Source: Paecilomyces variotii (taxonomy: Eukaryota). Taken from it: a DNA stretch of 64,000 bases. Of the stretch, positions 24,684 to 36,740 are shown one piece after another. Every line of letters starts with the position of its first letter. The first letter of the stretch is position 1. The stretch lies in the NCBI GenBank assembly GCA_004022145.1, contig RCNU01000006.1; one strand, written 5' to 3'. The position numbers were made by a program, and so were the translations under genes. The notes beneath the pieces were generated by a model. The model saw only the letters and a program-made list of their open reading frames with translations. It was not told the origin of the DNA and searched no databases.

Positions 24684-25895
24684 TCATCCACAGTTGATCC
24701 AATCCCGGTACTTTTCCGCGTTTATATTCCACATCAGCTTTTTGGTCTCTGCTGTGGACAATGCTGTCACCGTCTGCAAAGCAGAGTCGTCCACTGTAAC
24801 CCGTCTTCCGTTCACCATAGGCATGCCAACAACCAAAATTCGTCCCCGATAATCGGCCGTATGACTGGGCAAACTCGGGCGCTCGAACTCGTCTGCAAAT
24901 TTCTGCCACACGCTCCATTGTCGGGGTAGACCCCATAGTTTCGCCACTCCTCTCCTGTCCCCGTCTAGGGCTTCCTGCGGACGGGAGCTTGGAATGTTTT
25001 CCTTTGCCTCTCTCCCAGAATAAGGTGCTCTTTTTCGGATGTTAACGTTTAGTAGAGTCAATTTTCGCAAGCACTCCCTTCGGGTTAATTCGAGGATCCT
25101 TGAATACCAAATCGCTCCACAGGACACTACCAGTTTCCGTAACATATATGGTAATTCCACCTCACGACCAAGTTCCGCTTTTTTCGTAATACACTCGTGC
25201 ATATTCGACGCATTTTTCTTGCCGTGATCGCATCCAATGTACAGCTCCCGGAGACGATGAGAGCCAAAGGCAAGAGGATCGAATAAACGAGAATCGAAAC
25301 GGGATCCGGCACAAGGATTTAATGATATTTTCTTGATGCCGGTGATGCCTGCGATATGCAGGATCCGCATATTGCGATATACAGCCCAGAGGTACGTCAT
25401 CTTGGAACCGTTGCGCTTATAACCCTCATTTCCAGGTGCGATTATCAGTGAGCAGTTCTGGATGCCATGTTCTTCTTCTTTCACTTTCCTGAACATTTCC
25501 AAGAGCTCCCGGGCCTGTTCCCAAGAACCGACGATGCGAACCTTCTGTAAGGGACTTTTGCATGCTATAAGTTCCATGATCGTCACAACGTCGCGGATTA
25601 TCTCCCAATGAGGCCCAGTGAGAGGAAGCCCCGTGAGATCAAACACGAACTCCGCCGGTGGTTTACCCTTGGGGTATATACCACCAGTTCCGTCAATAGA
25701 GGTGGATATATCCTGCAGCTTTTTGAGCACGCGCTCATCACCGGTACTCCCGTCGAAGTAAGCGCGAGTGCCGATGCGTGGGTGGATGAAGGAGAATTTC
25801 TTGGATAGGGAATGTAGAACTACAAAGCCGTAGTGGTCGAGATGGTCCACTATCATGAACAGGAGCTCATAGGGGAGATCTTCAAGACGGGCCAT
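24684..25895 (-). CDS. Intronless F-box-like protein with degenerate LRR-like repeats (403 aa)
   Basis: ATG-started 403-codon ORF. N-terminus MARLEDLPYELLFMIVDHLD...LHSLSKKF fits the F-box pattern (L..LP.E.L..I..HL). LRELYI, LRKLVV and LRKLTL resemble LRR LxxLxL strands. Confidence 0.72.
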   Translation of the reverse strand: MARLEDLPYELLFMIVDHLDHYGFVVLHSLSKKFSFIHPRIGTRAYFDGSTGDERVLKKLQDISTSIDGTGGIYPKGKPPAEFVFDLTGLPLTGPHWEIIRDVVTIMELIACKSPLQKVRIVGSWEQARELLEMFRKVKEEEHGIQNCSLIIAPGNEGYKRNGSKMTYLWAVYRNMRILHIAGITGIKKISLNPCAGSRFDSRLFDPLAFGSHRLRELYIGCDHGKKNASNMHECITKKAELGREVELPYMLRKLVVSCGAIWYSRILELTRRECLRKLTLLNVNIRKRAPYSGREAKENIPSSRPQEALDGDRRGVAKLWGLPRQWSVWQKFADEFERPSLPSHTADYRGRILVVGMPMVNGRRVTVDDSALQTVTALSTAETKKLMWNINAEKYRDWINCG

Positions 25896-26000
25896 CGTTT
25901 CATCACATAGAAGAAGGCAAGAAAGAAAAAAAAAATAATAAATAAAAAAAAGAGTAAAAGAAGAACCATCATATACCTTGATTCAATAGTAATCGAGTCA

Positions 26001-26066
26001 ACGATACGATAACTACGATACGATAACTACGATACGATAACTACGATACGATAACTACGATACGAT
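26001..26066 (+). repeat. Minisatellite, 14-bp unit ACGATACGATAACT x4.7
   Basis: Perfect units at 26001, 26015, 26029 and 26043, plus a partial unit at 26057-26066. Confidence 0.95.
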
Positions 26067-27337
26067 CATGATCTCACCCTGACACTTACTAGACCCCCGA
26101 ATCCATCCCAAAAAAGAAAAAAAAAATCTCTACCATGTAATCCATCCGCAAGCAAATTGAGGGGAATGCATCAATCCCAAGGGGGAAAAAAACGACTAAC
26201 TACTTCCGCCCCCGACGTGGTTTTATATTATATTATATAGAGAATAACTACATTACATAACAGAACCTAGTATAACTATTATTTGCTACCAGTACACAGT
26301 AGATTATACAAACCAATCATAACAGAAAAAAATATTAAAATCCTTTAGCACGGAAGCAAAATCCGAGCTAAATAACTTGAATTACTTGCTTACTTGCTTG
26401 CTTGTTTTCTTCTAGATCTAAGGGGGGATTTAATCCCATATTTATCTCTAGCATATAAAACATCTAGATCCTAGTAATCTAGTAAATTAGCTAGTAGTTT
26501 CTATCCTATAATCAGGATTCAAAGAATCTGTCGCAAACGGATGATTAACGGATTACCGGGTGCTTGCTTTATGTGCTAATAAATAGAGTAGAGTGCAGTT
26601 TATACTACGAGTGTATATATATTCATATCTTACATTGCATGGAACTATATGACTATCGAATTTGTCAAAGCGGGCCTAGAAGCAAGAAACTGTTAGTTAT
26701 ACCATACCATCTTAGGGATCTATTTAATATAGGCTTCGAACAATTAGCCTAATGCCTTTGAATGGTGTTATTATTTATCTGAACTGTATTCTTCTATGCA
26801 CTGACCACTTTGAGTAACTTAGTATGCCAAGCATAAACCTCGGAAAAGAGACGAGGATAACTAGGCGTGGGCTTGGATGTAATATCTCGAATGCTGCTAC
26901 TACTATCACTACTACTACACTACTGGTGTGATGTTATAAGAGAGAAAAATCTTTTATCATGGATCTCCTTCATTGGGGCCATTCACTTCACAAAGGGATT
27001 TTAGAAACAAATCAGTGGTATAGGACATGACAAAAATAGTGCACGCAGTGGCGTTCGATAAAAATCGCTCTGTCGGCTAGAGGAATACGAAAACAAAGAA
27101 TAAGAAGAAAAAGAAAACAGCGCTTCGTGAGACAAAGCCTCTCCGAACATTATCCCAAACCCCATTATCATGCCACCCCCCTCTTGTGCATAAGACGAAA
27201 GCAAAGAAAAATCAAAGAAAAAAGAAGAAAAAAGTGAACATAGCGCAGGTATCGTACATGGAGATCATTTTTTGATAAAGGCCATCGTCTCATTGTCTCG
27301 GAACTGCCGTTTCTTAGACACAACTCGTATCGATCGA

Positions 27338-30300
27338 TTATGAAAGAAGGTTCTTTAAGGACGGGCTTGCGCTCGCTCCCGATGCAGTGCTCGTTCCGTT
27401 GGCGCCGGCATACCGACTACTGCTTGTTGGTCTCGCTTGGGCGTTCGCCTGGTCCTCGGGCTTGCCTGGGGTGCTGGGCAGCTGAGGATCAACACTGCCC
27501 CGCAGTGATGGCGAGTGGGCTGGTGCGCTCAGGACACGATCGACAGAGTACATTCGCGGAGGGCCACCGCTCAGGGAGTGCTGAGGAGAGTGGCGCACCA
27601 TGGTCGCGTGCACATCCGGCGGAGAGGCAGAAGCTCCATATGGACGTGGTCCTGGAGCATGGACCGGACGAGGCGAGGGCACAGCAACCGGGCCATACGG
27701 GCTCTGATGCGGCGGCGGGTAGGCATGAGGAGGGGGTGGTGGCGGCACGCCGTTGGCATAATGCGGCGGCGGCGGGGGAGGAGGTGCGTGATGAGGAGGT
27801 GCGGCATAACCGTTCATGTGCTGCGGAGGCGGGGCGTGATAGCCAGACAGGCCGTTGGGTTGCGGTCCGCTCGGGGGAATCCCGTTACGAAGATTGGGAT
27901 CTCCATATTCGCTCGGTCGTTGTTCATATCCAGGGTACGCGCTATGGGGACTTGCACCTATAGGCCGGGGGAGTACGCCCTGCTGGAGGTGATGCGACTG
28001 CTGTCCGTAAACCGGGGGATATTCTGCAAGTCGCGGAGCAGGAAGAACTGGCGCTCCCTGGGAGGAGAAAGGAGATGGTCGAAGCTCTGGGGAAGACTGG
28101 ACCACAGGCTTTTTAATGTGGCATTTGTGGCATTCATAGGACACAGCGCTCGACTGCGCAGGTGCCCGATGAACGTCATTTGGTGTACCAACAACAGGCT
28201 TGTCCGGTGTACTGAAGTCTCCATTGAGTCTAGGAAGCGAGCTCTGGGAGAGGCTAGGAGTATGGAATGAAGGGCTGGCCGAGTTTGCGCTTGGATATCT
28301 CGCGTCTCCCGGTTCACTCAGGGTGACTCCATTCATCAAGGGTGTACCGTTTCTGCCCACGGTTCCTCGTAACGTGTTTTCAACGGGCCACCACCTTGGA
28401 CTGACACTTGTAGAGCAACGGAAGCATTTTTTGTCTGCCTCTGCTGCCGCAGGAGGGTGCGACACCGTATGCCCCTCAGAATCGATGACCATCTCGTCCG
28501 ATGCCTCCTCTGGGGAAGTCCGCGAACTCTTGCTACCATCCTTTTGAAGAGACACTACTGTGCCATTGGCAGTCGACGCCCGACGATTTCCTGGCGTTGT
28601 GCCATTCTGCGTTGAAGCACCAACCGACTGCTGCACATGTGCCGCCTTGCGCACAGTTCCCGTCAGAGTCAGATCGGCCTGCTTGTAGGTCTGCGCAAAC
28701 AGCTGCAGAGCATTCATGTTTTCTTGGTCTGTTGGCTCGCTCATTTCATGCACTACAGTCTGCAATGCATGGCCAGGACACCAGATACCTGCGGTAGCAG
28801 ATCCCACCTCTTCACCCAGCTTGATGGTGTTGATGGAATCCTTCCGAGAGCTCTTCACAGGCGTCACGTCGAATCCGAACGTGTATTCGCTTTGGAAGGC
28901 ACAGCCAACATGGAATTGAGCATTGCAACCAGGGAACTGACAAGGTACGCAGGCTCCCTTGTTCGTCTTGCAGATCCTGCAGACTTCTCTATATCTGTCG
29001 GCCGGGATCAATCCAAAGCCCTCTGCAGGTTCCAGTTCCTTCGCGTTGCCGAATTTGATCTCCGGATTCCAGACGGCGCACATCACATGGACCCAGTTGT
29101 TTCCTGCAGTTCTCTTCAACGGTTCTCTGGGACCAATTGGCTTCCCGACTGCCTCTTGCCTCTGTCTATAGAGCTTGATTGCTTCAGCGACCATCTCCTT
29201 CTCCAGTCGCTCCTTTTCTCGCTCTCTGTCCGTCTTTTTCTTGTGCGTCGACTTGGGCGGTTCCATCAGCTCATGTTCGGTCCATGTAACTGGGCAAAGG
29301 ACACATTCATACGACGTCGAAATCATAGGATTTCTGTCGTTCAAGCACATATCGCAAAACCATTTCGTACAGTTTCGCGTAGGGCTGACTCCATAGCAGC
29401 CGCGATGCACGGTAAGACGACAATCCCGGCAGGACAGATGCTGGTCGCCCATAGGATCCATCTTGTTACAGATGGCACAGGGCAGGGTCTTGGCCTTGGG
29501 GGGATCGGGCACGATTTGCGGGGGCTCCGGTGCTTTCTCAGGGGCCGGTTTCTTCTTGGGGGCCGGCTCCACCGAAGTCCCAGTCGAGGGAGCACTATCT
29601 TTGTCGGTCGTTTTCGCTTTCTTCTTTGGCGCTTCTGTCGGTGCTGCGGGGGGCGTTATTGTACTGACATTTATGCCAAGAGCCGCTGCGGCCGATGCTG
29701 TAGTAGGGCTGAGCTCGTACGGCGTCTCGATGGCCACAAGCAGTTGGGAAAGCAAGTCTTCCTCAACGCGACGGCGCCAGGCCTTGGTTCCACCCTGGGA
29801 AATCTTCTTCGAAACTTCATTGATGTCTTCCCACTGCAGTCCGTACTTGCGCCAGACCACGGCACACTGCAGGCACAGTGCGACCATGAGTTGCGAGCCC
29901 TTGTCGCGCTTGGACGAAGGCTCAGCCGGGACCGTCGTACCCGGCTGAACAGCAGGCGCACGTCGCCATTGCCGGGAATTCCTTGCATTGCAGAATTTGC
30001 ACTGGAAGCCACGTTTCTTCTCGACGGCCTTTGCGCTGTCAAAGGCGGAATCGTCCTGATCGTCGGCCACATCGTCCACCAATTTCGCTGTGCTGTTATC
30101 GGCCCGTTTGGCGGCTTTCCTTCCTCGTCGTCCTTCGTAGTTGCCCCAGATTTGCTGGCCTCGAGGCGTCTTTTTCCACATATAGTAGAAACGGACAATC
30201 TGGTAGTGCGGAACGGTGCCGACATGTTTCGTAACAAGACGCAGCTCCGATCCATATTTTGCCACACCCTGTTCGAAGACTTTAACTTCTTCGGGACGAA

Positions 30301-32587
30301 GATGGGGCTCCTTGAGCTGGGTGTATTTGTTCACTTGCTTCAGTTTCGCAAGAGCGGCCTCTGCATTGAAGCTCTCTGAATAGAGCAACTGCAGCGCTTT
30401 ATCGAGGAAGTTCGTAGAATACTTCTCCAGCCCTTTCTCCGGTGCGATTTCCTTGGCTCGTTCCATATAGTCGTCAACGAACTTTTCGCGTTCTGCGAGA
30501 CTCATCTCCGAACCCGGCGCATCATCTTCACCACGGCTGGGAATCTGAGAAGCCTCTGGCATCTTCCAGAGCAGCTCTGCCGTACGAACCTGCTTCCCGG
30601 CCACGGTCACCGGCTCATCTTCTCCACGGCGTACATATCCAGTCGGTTCGTCCATGACCCACTTCGGCCGTTTGGCCCTTTCCTGCTTTTCTGCCTCGAT
30701 CGCGGCCAAGGCATCTTTGGACAACTTGACCGTACTGCGGCCCGCTCCCTTGGCATATTTCTTCCTGACATCTGCAGGTTTCACGTATTCGACGGGATGT
30801 CCGTACCACGGACCTACGTTCGCCTGGTGGCGCGGTCCCAGTCGTGAACTCGCTCGCGGATATATCCGGTCATCGTAATCCAGGGCATCCTCAACACGGC
30901 AGTGGATTCCTAGATAGCGATACGGCCACATTCGAGATTGGGCGATCTGATCGGAAGTGGCTGGTTGTGGAAGACTCTCTTCTGCCACTGCAGGAGTGCT
31001 GACACCAGTGCCATTGGGCGCTCCCTGCGTATCCTCCTCCTCTTCGTCGAGAATCTCCTCTTCCGCTTCCCCAGCTCCTTCGCCCAGTGAAGGCGTGTTT
31101 CGAGCTTCCAGTTTCTGGTCGTGTTTTCGACTGCACGCAGCACAAGCCCACGCGAAACCTCGAGCGGGCTTTTTTGTCAGGACTGGTCGCACGCAATACA
31201 TATGATAGGTAGATTTGCAGACCGCACAGTCCACGGAATCCGTGCTAGCAGCGTAGCCATTACAGCGCTTGCAGGTCTTGACGGCGCTTGTCAATTCCTT
31301 CCGTCGGCCCACCTCGACTAGCACAAATCTCCAGCGCTCATCGAGCACCTTTTTGACGTTCGCGGGCACATTGATCACTTTGCTTGTGGGGATCACTTCG
31401 TAGTAGCGGTGGATATATCGGTCGAACATCTTGTCAAACCAGAAAGTATCCTTCGTCTTCCTGTACTCATCCAAGTCCTCAATCTCGGACGTATGTAAGA
31501 TTTGGCACTTCCCCCGTAACGAGGTCAGGGGGCATGTGTCTGAATGCATTGAGGCGAAAACGAGACGGCAATCGGTCACTTTGCGCTGGATGTCGCGGGG
31601 CCGGTAGTACCAATTCACTCTCAGCGCCTCAATGGGTCCGCTGGGATCCTCCTTCGATGGCAGGAATTCCATGATCCGCGCCAGGTAGTATGGTTCGCCG
31701 GGTGGTTCGCAAATGAGGTAGACATGATCTAAAATAGCATATCAGTATTGAAATCAATCGAGACGCAATTCGTAAATGACAACGAAGGGGGGGAAAGACG
31801 AACCGTTCACTGCAAGGACCGTCCCATCGTCCGCCTTCAGCTTCCCATTCTTCAAGTAAGCACCATGTGTCTCAAAGGTCATCATGTTGGAACCATTCGC
31901 CCGACGAGAACCTTCTGGGGCCGTGGTAAAGATTTTCTTCGACGAGCCCGCCGTGTTTTCGGGGGCCGAGCCAGTCCCGCTGGCGGGCTGTTTGCGCTTC
32001 CGTGACGCTGTCGATCCCCCGTTGCCAGCATTTGGGTTGGCAGAGAAAGTCGATGTGCCTGGGATCGCCTCTTTGGAGTTCGTTGCGCCGTTGGTGCCAT
32101 TCACGGGGGCCTGGCCCCGTCGCGTGTTGCCCGCAGGCGTTTTCTCCTGCTCCGCGGCCGGGGAGCCATTGGCGGTGATCTGACCGCTCGTGGCACCGCG
32201 TTTCGAACTGCCCGTCTTCTGCGCCGGACTGGTCAACTCGAGTTCCATATCGATATCGCGGTCCTCTGCGTAATTGGGTCGAGGGGCACCGTTTCGACCT
32301 CGGGATCGAGTGCCGTAAGGCGCAGGGGTGTTGGAGTTGCTGGCCGGGTCATTACCGGCGACCTCTGAAGAGGATGACATAGTGGCAGTCATGGGCTGCG
32401 ACTCCAGTCCGTTCACCGCAGAGCCTCGAGCGGGCGAGACGGTGGAGTGGGTGGATTGAGCAGAGGGGTGACCGGGGGCGGACTGGCGGCCCTTGGCCGA
32501 TGCGGCCCCAGCACCGGAGGGAGAATCAAGCGTGGCGTCAGAAGCCTGCTGCACGTCTCCTGATGGTGACACTTTATCGACGGACAT
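27338..32587 (-). CDS. snt2: Snt2/SntB chromatin reader (BAH, PHD, ELM2, SANT, GATA-like Zn finger, PHD/ePHD); 2 exons, ~1724 aa
   Basis: Exons 32587-31804 and 31728-27338 (intron GTTCGT...CTGAT...TTTTAG). BAH (VNWYYRPRDI, ASMHSDTCPLTSLRGKC), PHD (CAVC..YHMYC...WACAAC), ELM2 (RLGPRHQA), SANT (IVRFYYMWK), second PHD and ePHD (WVHVMCAVW, FHVGCA). Start codon could instead be the upstream in-frame TTG. Confidence 0.95.
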
Positions 32588-35500
32588 GACGAGGCCTCCG
32601 GAGCAGCAGAGAAGCAGCTCCAAGGGCGGCAGGTGCAGGCTGCACTCCGACGGTGCGTCGGTGGTGACAGCAGAAACGACACGGACCAGGACGCGGAGAA
32701 TGCAAGCTCAAAGAACGGACCGTGGCGGGAATGCGATCACTCATTAGCTAAGACGTGGGCTCGAGCACATACGGAGGAAGACCATCAAACAGTGCAGCCA
32801 GCAGATCCTCCTGGGAGAGCGTGGACGGGGGAAGAGCCCGCAGATTTTCTAGGTCTGCGGCCCGCGTTGTCCGCGTGGGAAGCGTTGATATCGGAATATC
32901 AAAGTGCTGCCCGGAGGGAGTGACGAGAGTTTGAGGCGCGAACTACCAGAAGAGGACAAGTCCCGGGTGTGAGTAGCCAAGCGGCCGTAGTAAAGTCAGC
33001 CGGGCACAGGAACATCAAACAGTCCAGGGAGTGGCTGTATGTCCTGGGAGACTCGAGGGCACGAGACCCAAACGGGGAGTAGGGGAGGAACAATGTTGGC
33101 GGGAGTGAAAGGGAGAAGGAAGAGGGAGGAGAGAAGGAAGGCGAAATATGGCGTCAAATGAGGAATGGCAGAGGGAAGTGTAGGGGGGGAAGAAGTGTGA
33201 GAAAGAGAGAGAGATGGGGAGAGAGAGAGAGAGAAAGAGAAGTAGTGGGAGAAACTACAATGGTCGCCGCGGCGGCGACCAGAGGCAGCAAAGAAGCGCA
33301 GAGAGAGATCCACCCGTCCGTCCAGGCCCGTGGGTGCGAGAAAGTCAAGATGGGGAGAGAAACGCCCGGGCGAGGATGCGTAGTAATCGAGGAAAAGAAG
33401 AAGAAGAAGAAGAAGAAGGGAAATGGAGAGGAGAGGAAGAGAAGAGAAGAGAGAGAAGAGAAAGCCGTAGCAGCGGTAGTAAACTACTACAAGACACCGC
33501 GTATCCATCCGCCCAGGAATCCCGTCCACGTCCCCAGAGCGCCTAGTCCCGATCTGTTAATATGACGGATCCTCCACCAGGGAAAAAAAATGACCAGAAA
33601 AGCATGTCGAGTCTGTCTTTTTTTCCCTGCGCGCTGGTGGTGGTGCTTCCCACGCCGTCCGTCTGGATTTCCCCTTGCTCGGGTGGACGATCTGCCGCTG
33701 CGGGTGATATGGAGTCGAGGGTTGTCTAGTCTAGAGTACGGGGTGATGAGGAAGGCCAGAGAGGGTCGATATTATTACAGAATACAGAATACAGAATTCC
33801 CACGAAGCGGACTATCCAGCATCATCCACCAACACAATGGGAGGAGGAGGGAAGATAAAGGGAATGAGGGGGGTTGGTAGTGGCGGTGGTTATGGTTAGG
33901 TTATGGTGGTGGTGTTACTACGCCTGGGATGCTGTCGAGCTTCCCCCCGTAGAAATTGAGAAATATGGATGCACGATGGCGACGGACGGCCAGGAATGCT
34001 CAGCGGGCCGTCGTGCGTGAAAAGCTGCAGCCCCCGGAGCGGGTTGGATCTCGAGGTCAAGTCGACAGAGAGTGGTCGATAGGCGGTTTCAAAGGGAGCA
34101 TGTCGACTAACTAATACGGTAGTGACTATTAGTTATTTAGTCCCGACATCAATCCATCTCGTGTCCGGGCCATCCCCCGTCTGGTTCGTGTTCTCCTCTG
34201 CCCTAATGACTAACGACGATGAGATTGATTGCGGATAATGATGACGATGATGATAATACTGATGATGATGGTAGTGATAGTGATGGTGATGGTGAGGGCG
34301 GAGGGAGGGGAGGAGCGCAGATGGTGTTGATTTGACCTTCCGGTTGGCGTCCGACGATACCGTCTGACGTGCAAAAGGACCAGATATCAGATTCCATATT
34401 ATCATTATGTACAGTAGTTAGTATTCTTATGTTGGTTATTTAACCTCGCTCCGACAGACAGACTAGACCCGACCCGGGGCGATTGTTAGTAACATTAGTG
34501 TGGGTTTGGCCCTCAACGGGCAATCGACGAGAAGCCAACCCTGATCGCTGCACCATCGGGATCGATCCCAGAGCCTCTCCCGAAATTGCGGGTTACAGGC
34601 GAGAAAGAGATTAACATTAAACGACAGACCTGCTCGAGGACGTGAAAAAAAAAGATGGAGTTTCGGTCCGAGGCGCTGGAGGGTTGAGGTAATAATAAAA
34701 CTAGCGCCGGGGAGCGACTGTTTCGACCCCTCCCCTGTGAGGATCGTTTCCCCTGCCCTGCCAGAGCAGAGATGAAATACTCTAGTCACTTAGTGAATTA
34801 CTCTAAGAGTGTCGATGCCCCAACTTCACCCACTCACGCTAACCACACTGGTCAGACGGGCCCGGCAAGACGGTTGCGATGATATTTATTATTATTACGC
34901 TGCGCTGCACTGTATGGTACTGCAATGCACACTGACTGCATACCAAGCCAAAACTCAGTTTGATGGCACGGACACCCCAGAGCGTCTACTCCAGGAGGAG
35001 CATTTCCAACCGCTTCCAAACACCAGCTCATTCGAAAGAAAGTACCATATCTGGCGGGATTGGAGAGGTTGCCAGGATTTGCCACACATCGGCTGCCACA
35101 GCAGAGGGGTGGGCTTGGCAGCAGATCATCTGGTCGAGGCACGTTTGGGGGATGAGATGGACGGTGGGCATATGCCATATGGTAGTTATGTATTATTATT
35201 ATTATTATTATTCCTCTACTTACTAACTAACAATAATCATAATAATAATAATAATACTCGACTACAACTTGTGACCTTTCCGTCTTTCGCAATCCTGCTA
35301 TCTCCTCTCTCCAGGATCCCTGTTCTAATCCAGGTCTTTCCGAGCGATTCCCGGTCGTCATCGGAGTCTCGGGTTGGTCGGCGACCTAGGTCAAGCCAGG
35401 TGGCCATTGTCATCTATTATATGATTATTGATTACGCGGTTGTCTTCGATAGCCTTCTTTCTTTCTTTCTATCTATCCTGACTGCCACAGATGCTGGCCT

Positions 35501-36624
35501 TCGAGCCGTACCATTCCCTGCGATCTTTGTTCGGACTTCTGACAGAGACTGAGGATGCGGGCGGTCACCGATGTCAAGCAGCGTTGCGTGGCTAACTAGG
35601 AGAGACGATGTGGCGGGCCCGTAATTCATGCACGCGATAGTTAACCGCGACGCTGCAGGAATAGGAACAACTATCGATCCCAGCACCACAAAATCGAAAG
35701 ATGACAGGTATCAACATCTCCATCCCGTCGCAAAGCAAAGCAAAGCAACGCAAAGCAATCGACTTCGTATACTTTCTTGTATTATTTGGAAGAAGTCAGA
35801 ACACGGGGAGACGGTCTGATCAGAAGCATCGGGATCGTAATTACCGTCTGGCTGGCTCGCCCGTGACGGATCATGATTATGGTCGACTTCTTGACGGGGT
35901 CTGTCGGCTTAGAGTAGATGTGCCGCTGGCCAATCAGAGACTGCGACATCTGCTCGCAGGAAGTCTCCGAGTTAGTCAGTTAGTACTCCGTAGTAACTAG
36001 TTAGTTATCTGGAGTACCATATGGTACATTAGGTAGCTGGAGGTGTGGCCTGGCTACGGAAGTACAGGATAATAATATTTCATCAGTATCAATGTTATAT
36101 ATGATCTATAATATATATGAATACTATCATGAATGATCCGGAGTGCTTCTGCCAAGACAGAGCCTGTGCTGGCGGCGGTGTGATCCGAGCGCGCTGTCAA
36201 GTCCATCCCCGGTTGGCCAAACGGGTGATGGGCAGAGGATCCAGGAACCTTCCGCAGGGCTGTGGCTGCCTGTGGATTCAGGCATCACTGGTTAGTTAGT
36301 GTACCTCAGGTTACTCCTCGCCTTAACTACCAAGTCAAGTTAACTAATAATAATAATAATACTTAAACTACTCCAACGGACGTGAAACTCGAAGCTTTTC
36401 CCCCAACCGCACCGTCCATCGCGCTGCTCAGCTCTAGTCAACAGAATTCAAGCAGCACTCACACACACAAAAAAGGAAAAAAGAAAAAAGAGAGAACAAA
36501 ACACTAACTGTGGAGCATCCCCCCTCCGCTTGAACCCCCCAGACTCTACTCGCTGCGGTGGACAAGAAAGAATGCCTGCACGTTGCCTGCTCGTCAGCTC
36601 GATCTGACCGCGAGTGCCGCGAGC

Positions 36625-36709
36625 ATGTCGGACCAACCGTTCCAGACGCATGGCTTCCAAACCTCCGTCGACCTCGCCCGCAGGCAGACGTATTCCACCA
36701 CCTCGACAG

Positions 36710-36740
<31 letters not shown>

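Noticed and set aside
26001..26066. Tandem repeat as a CRISPR-like array
   Set aside because: Head-to-tail 14-bp units with no spacers, eukaryotic context and no cas genes.
28637..30379. 580-aa ORF antisense to snt2
   Set aside because: Entirely within snt2 in the codon-mirrored frame, non-ATG start, no recognisable protein features.
32996..33565. Overlapping ORFs upstream of snt2
   Set aside because: Products of GA/CT-rich low-complexity promoter or 5' UTR sequence.
34809..35552. 247-aa ORF between snt2 and the helicase
   Set aside because: GTG start and built partly from (TTA)n/(AAT)n microsatellites; no domain or coding-like composition.
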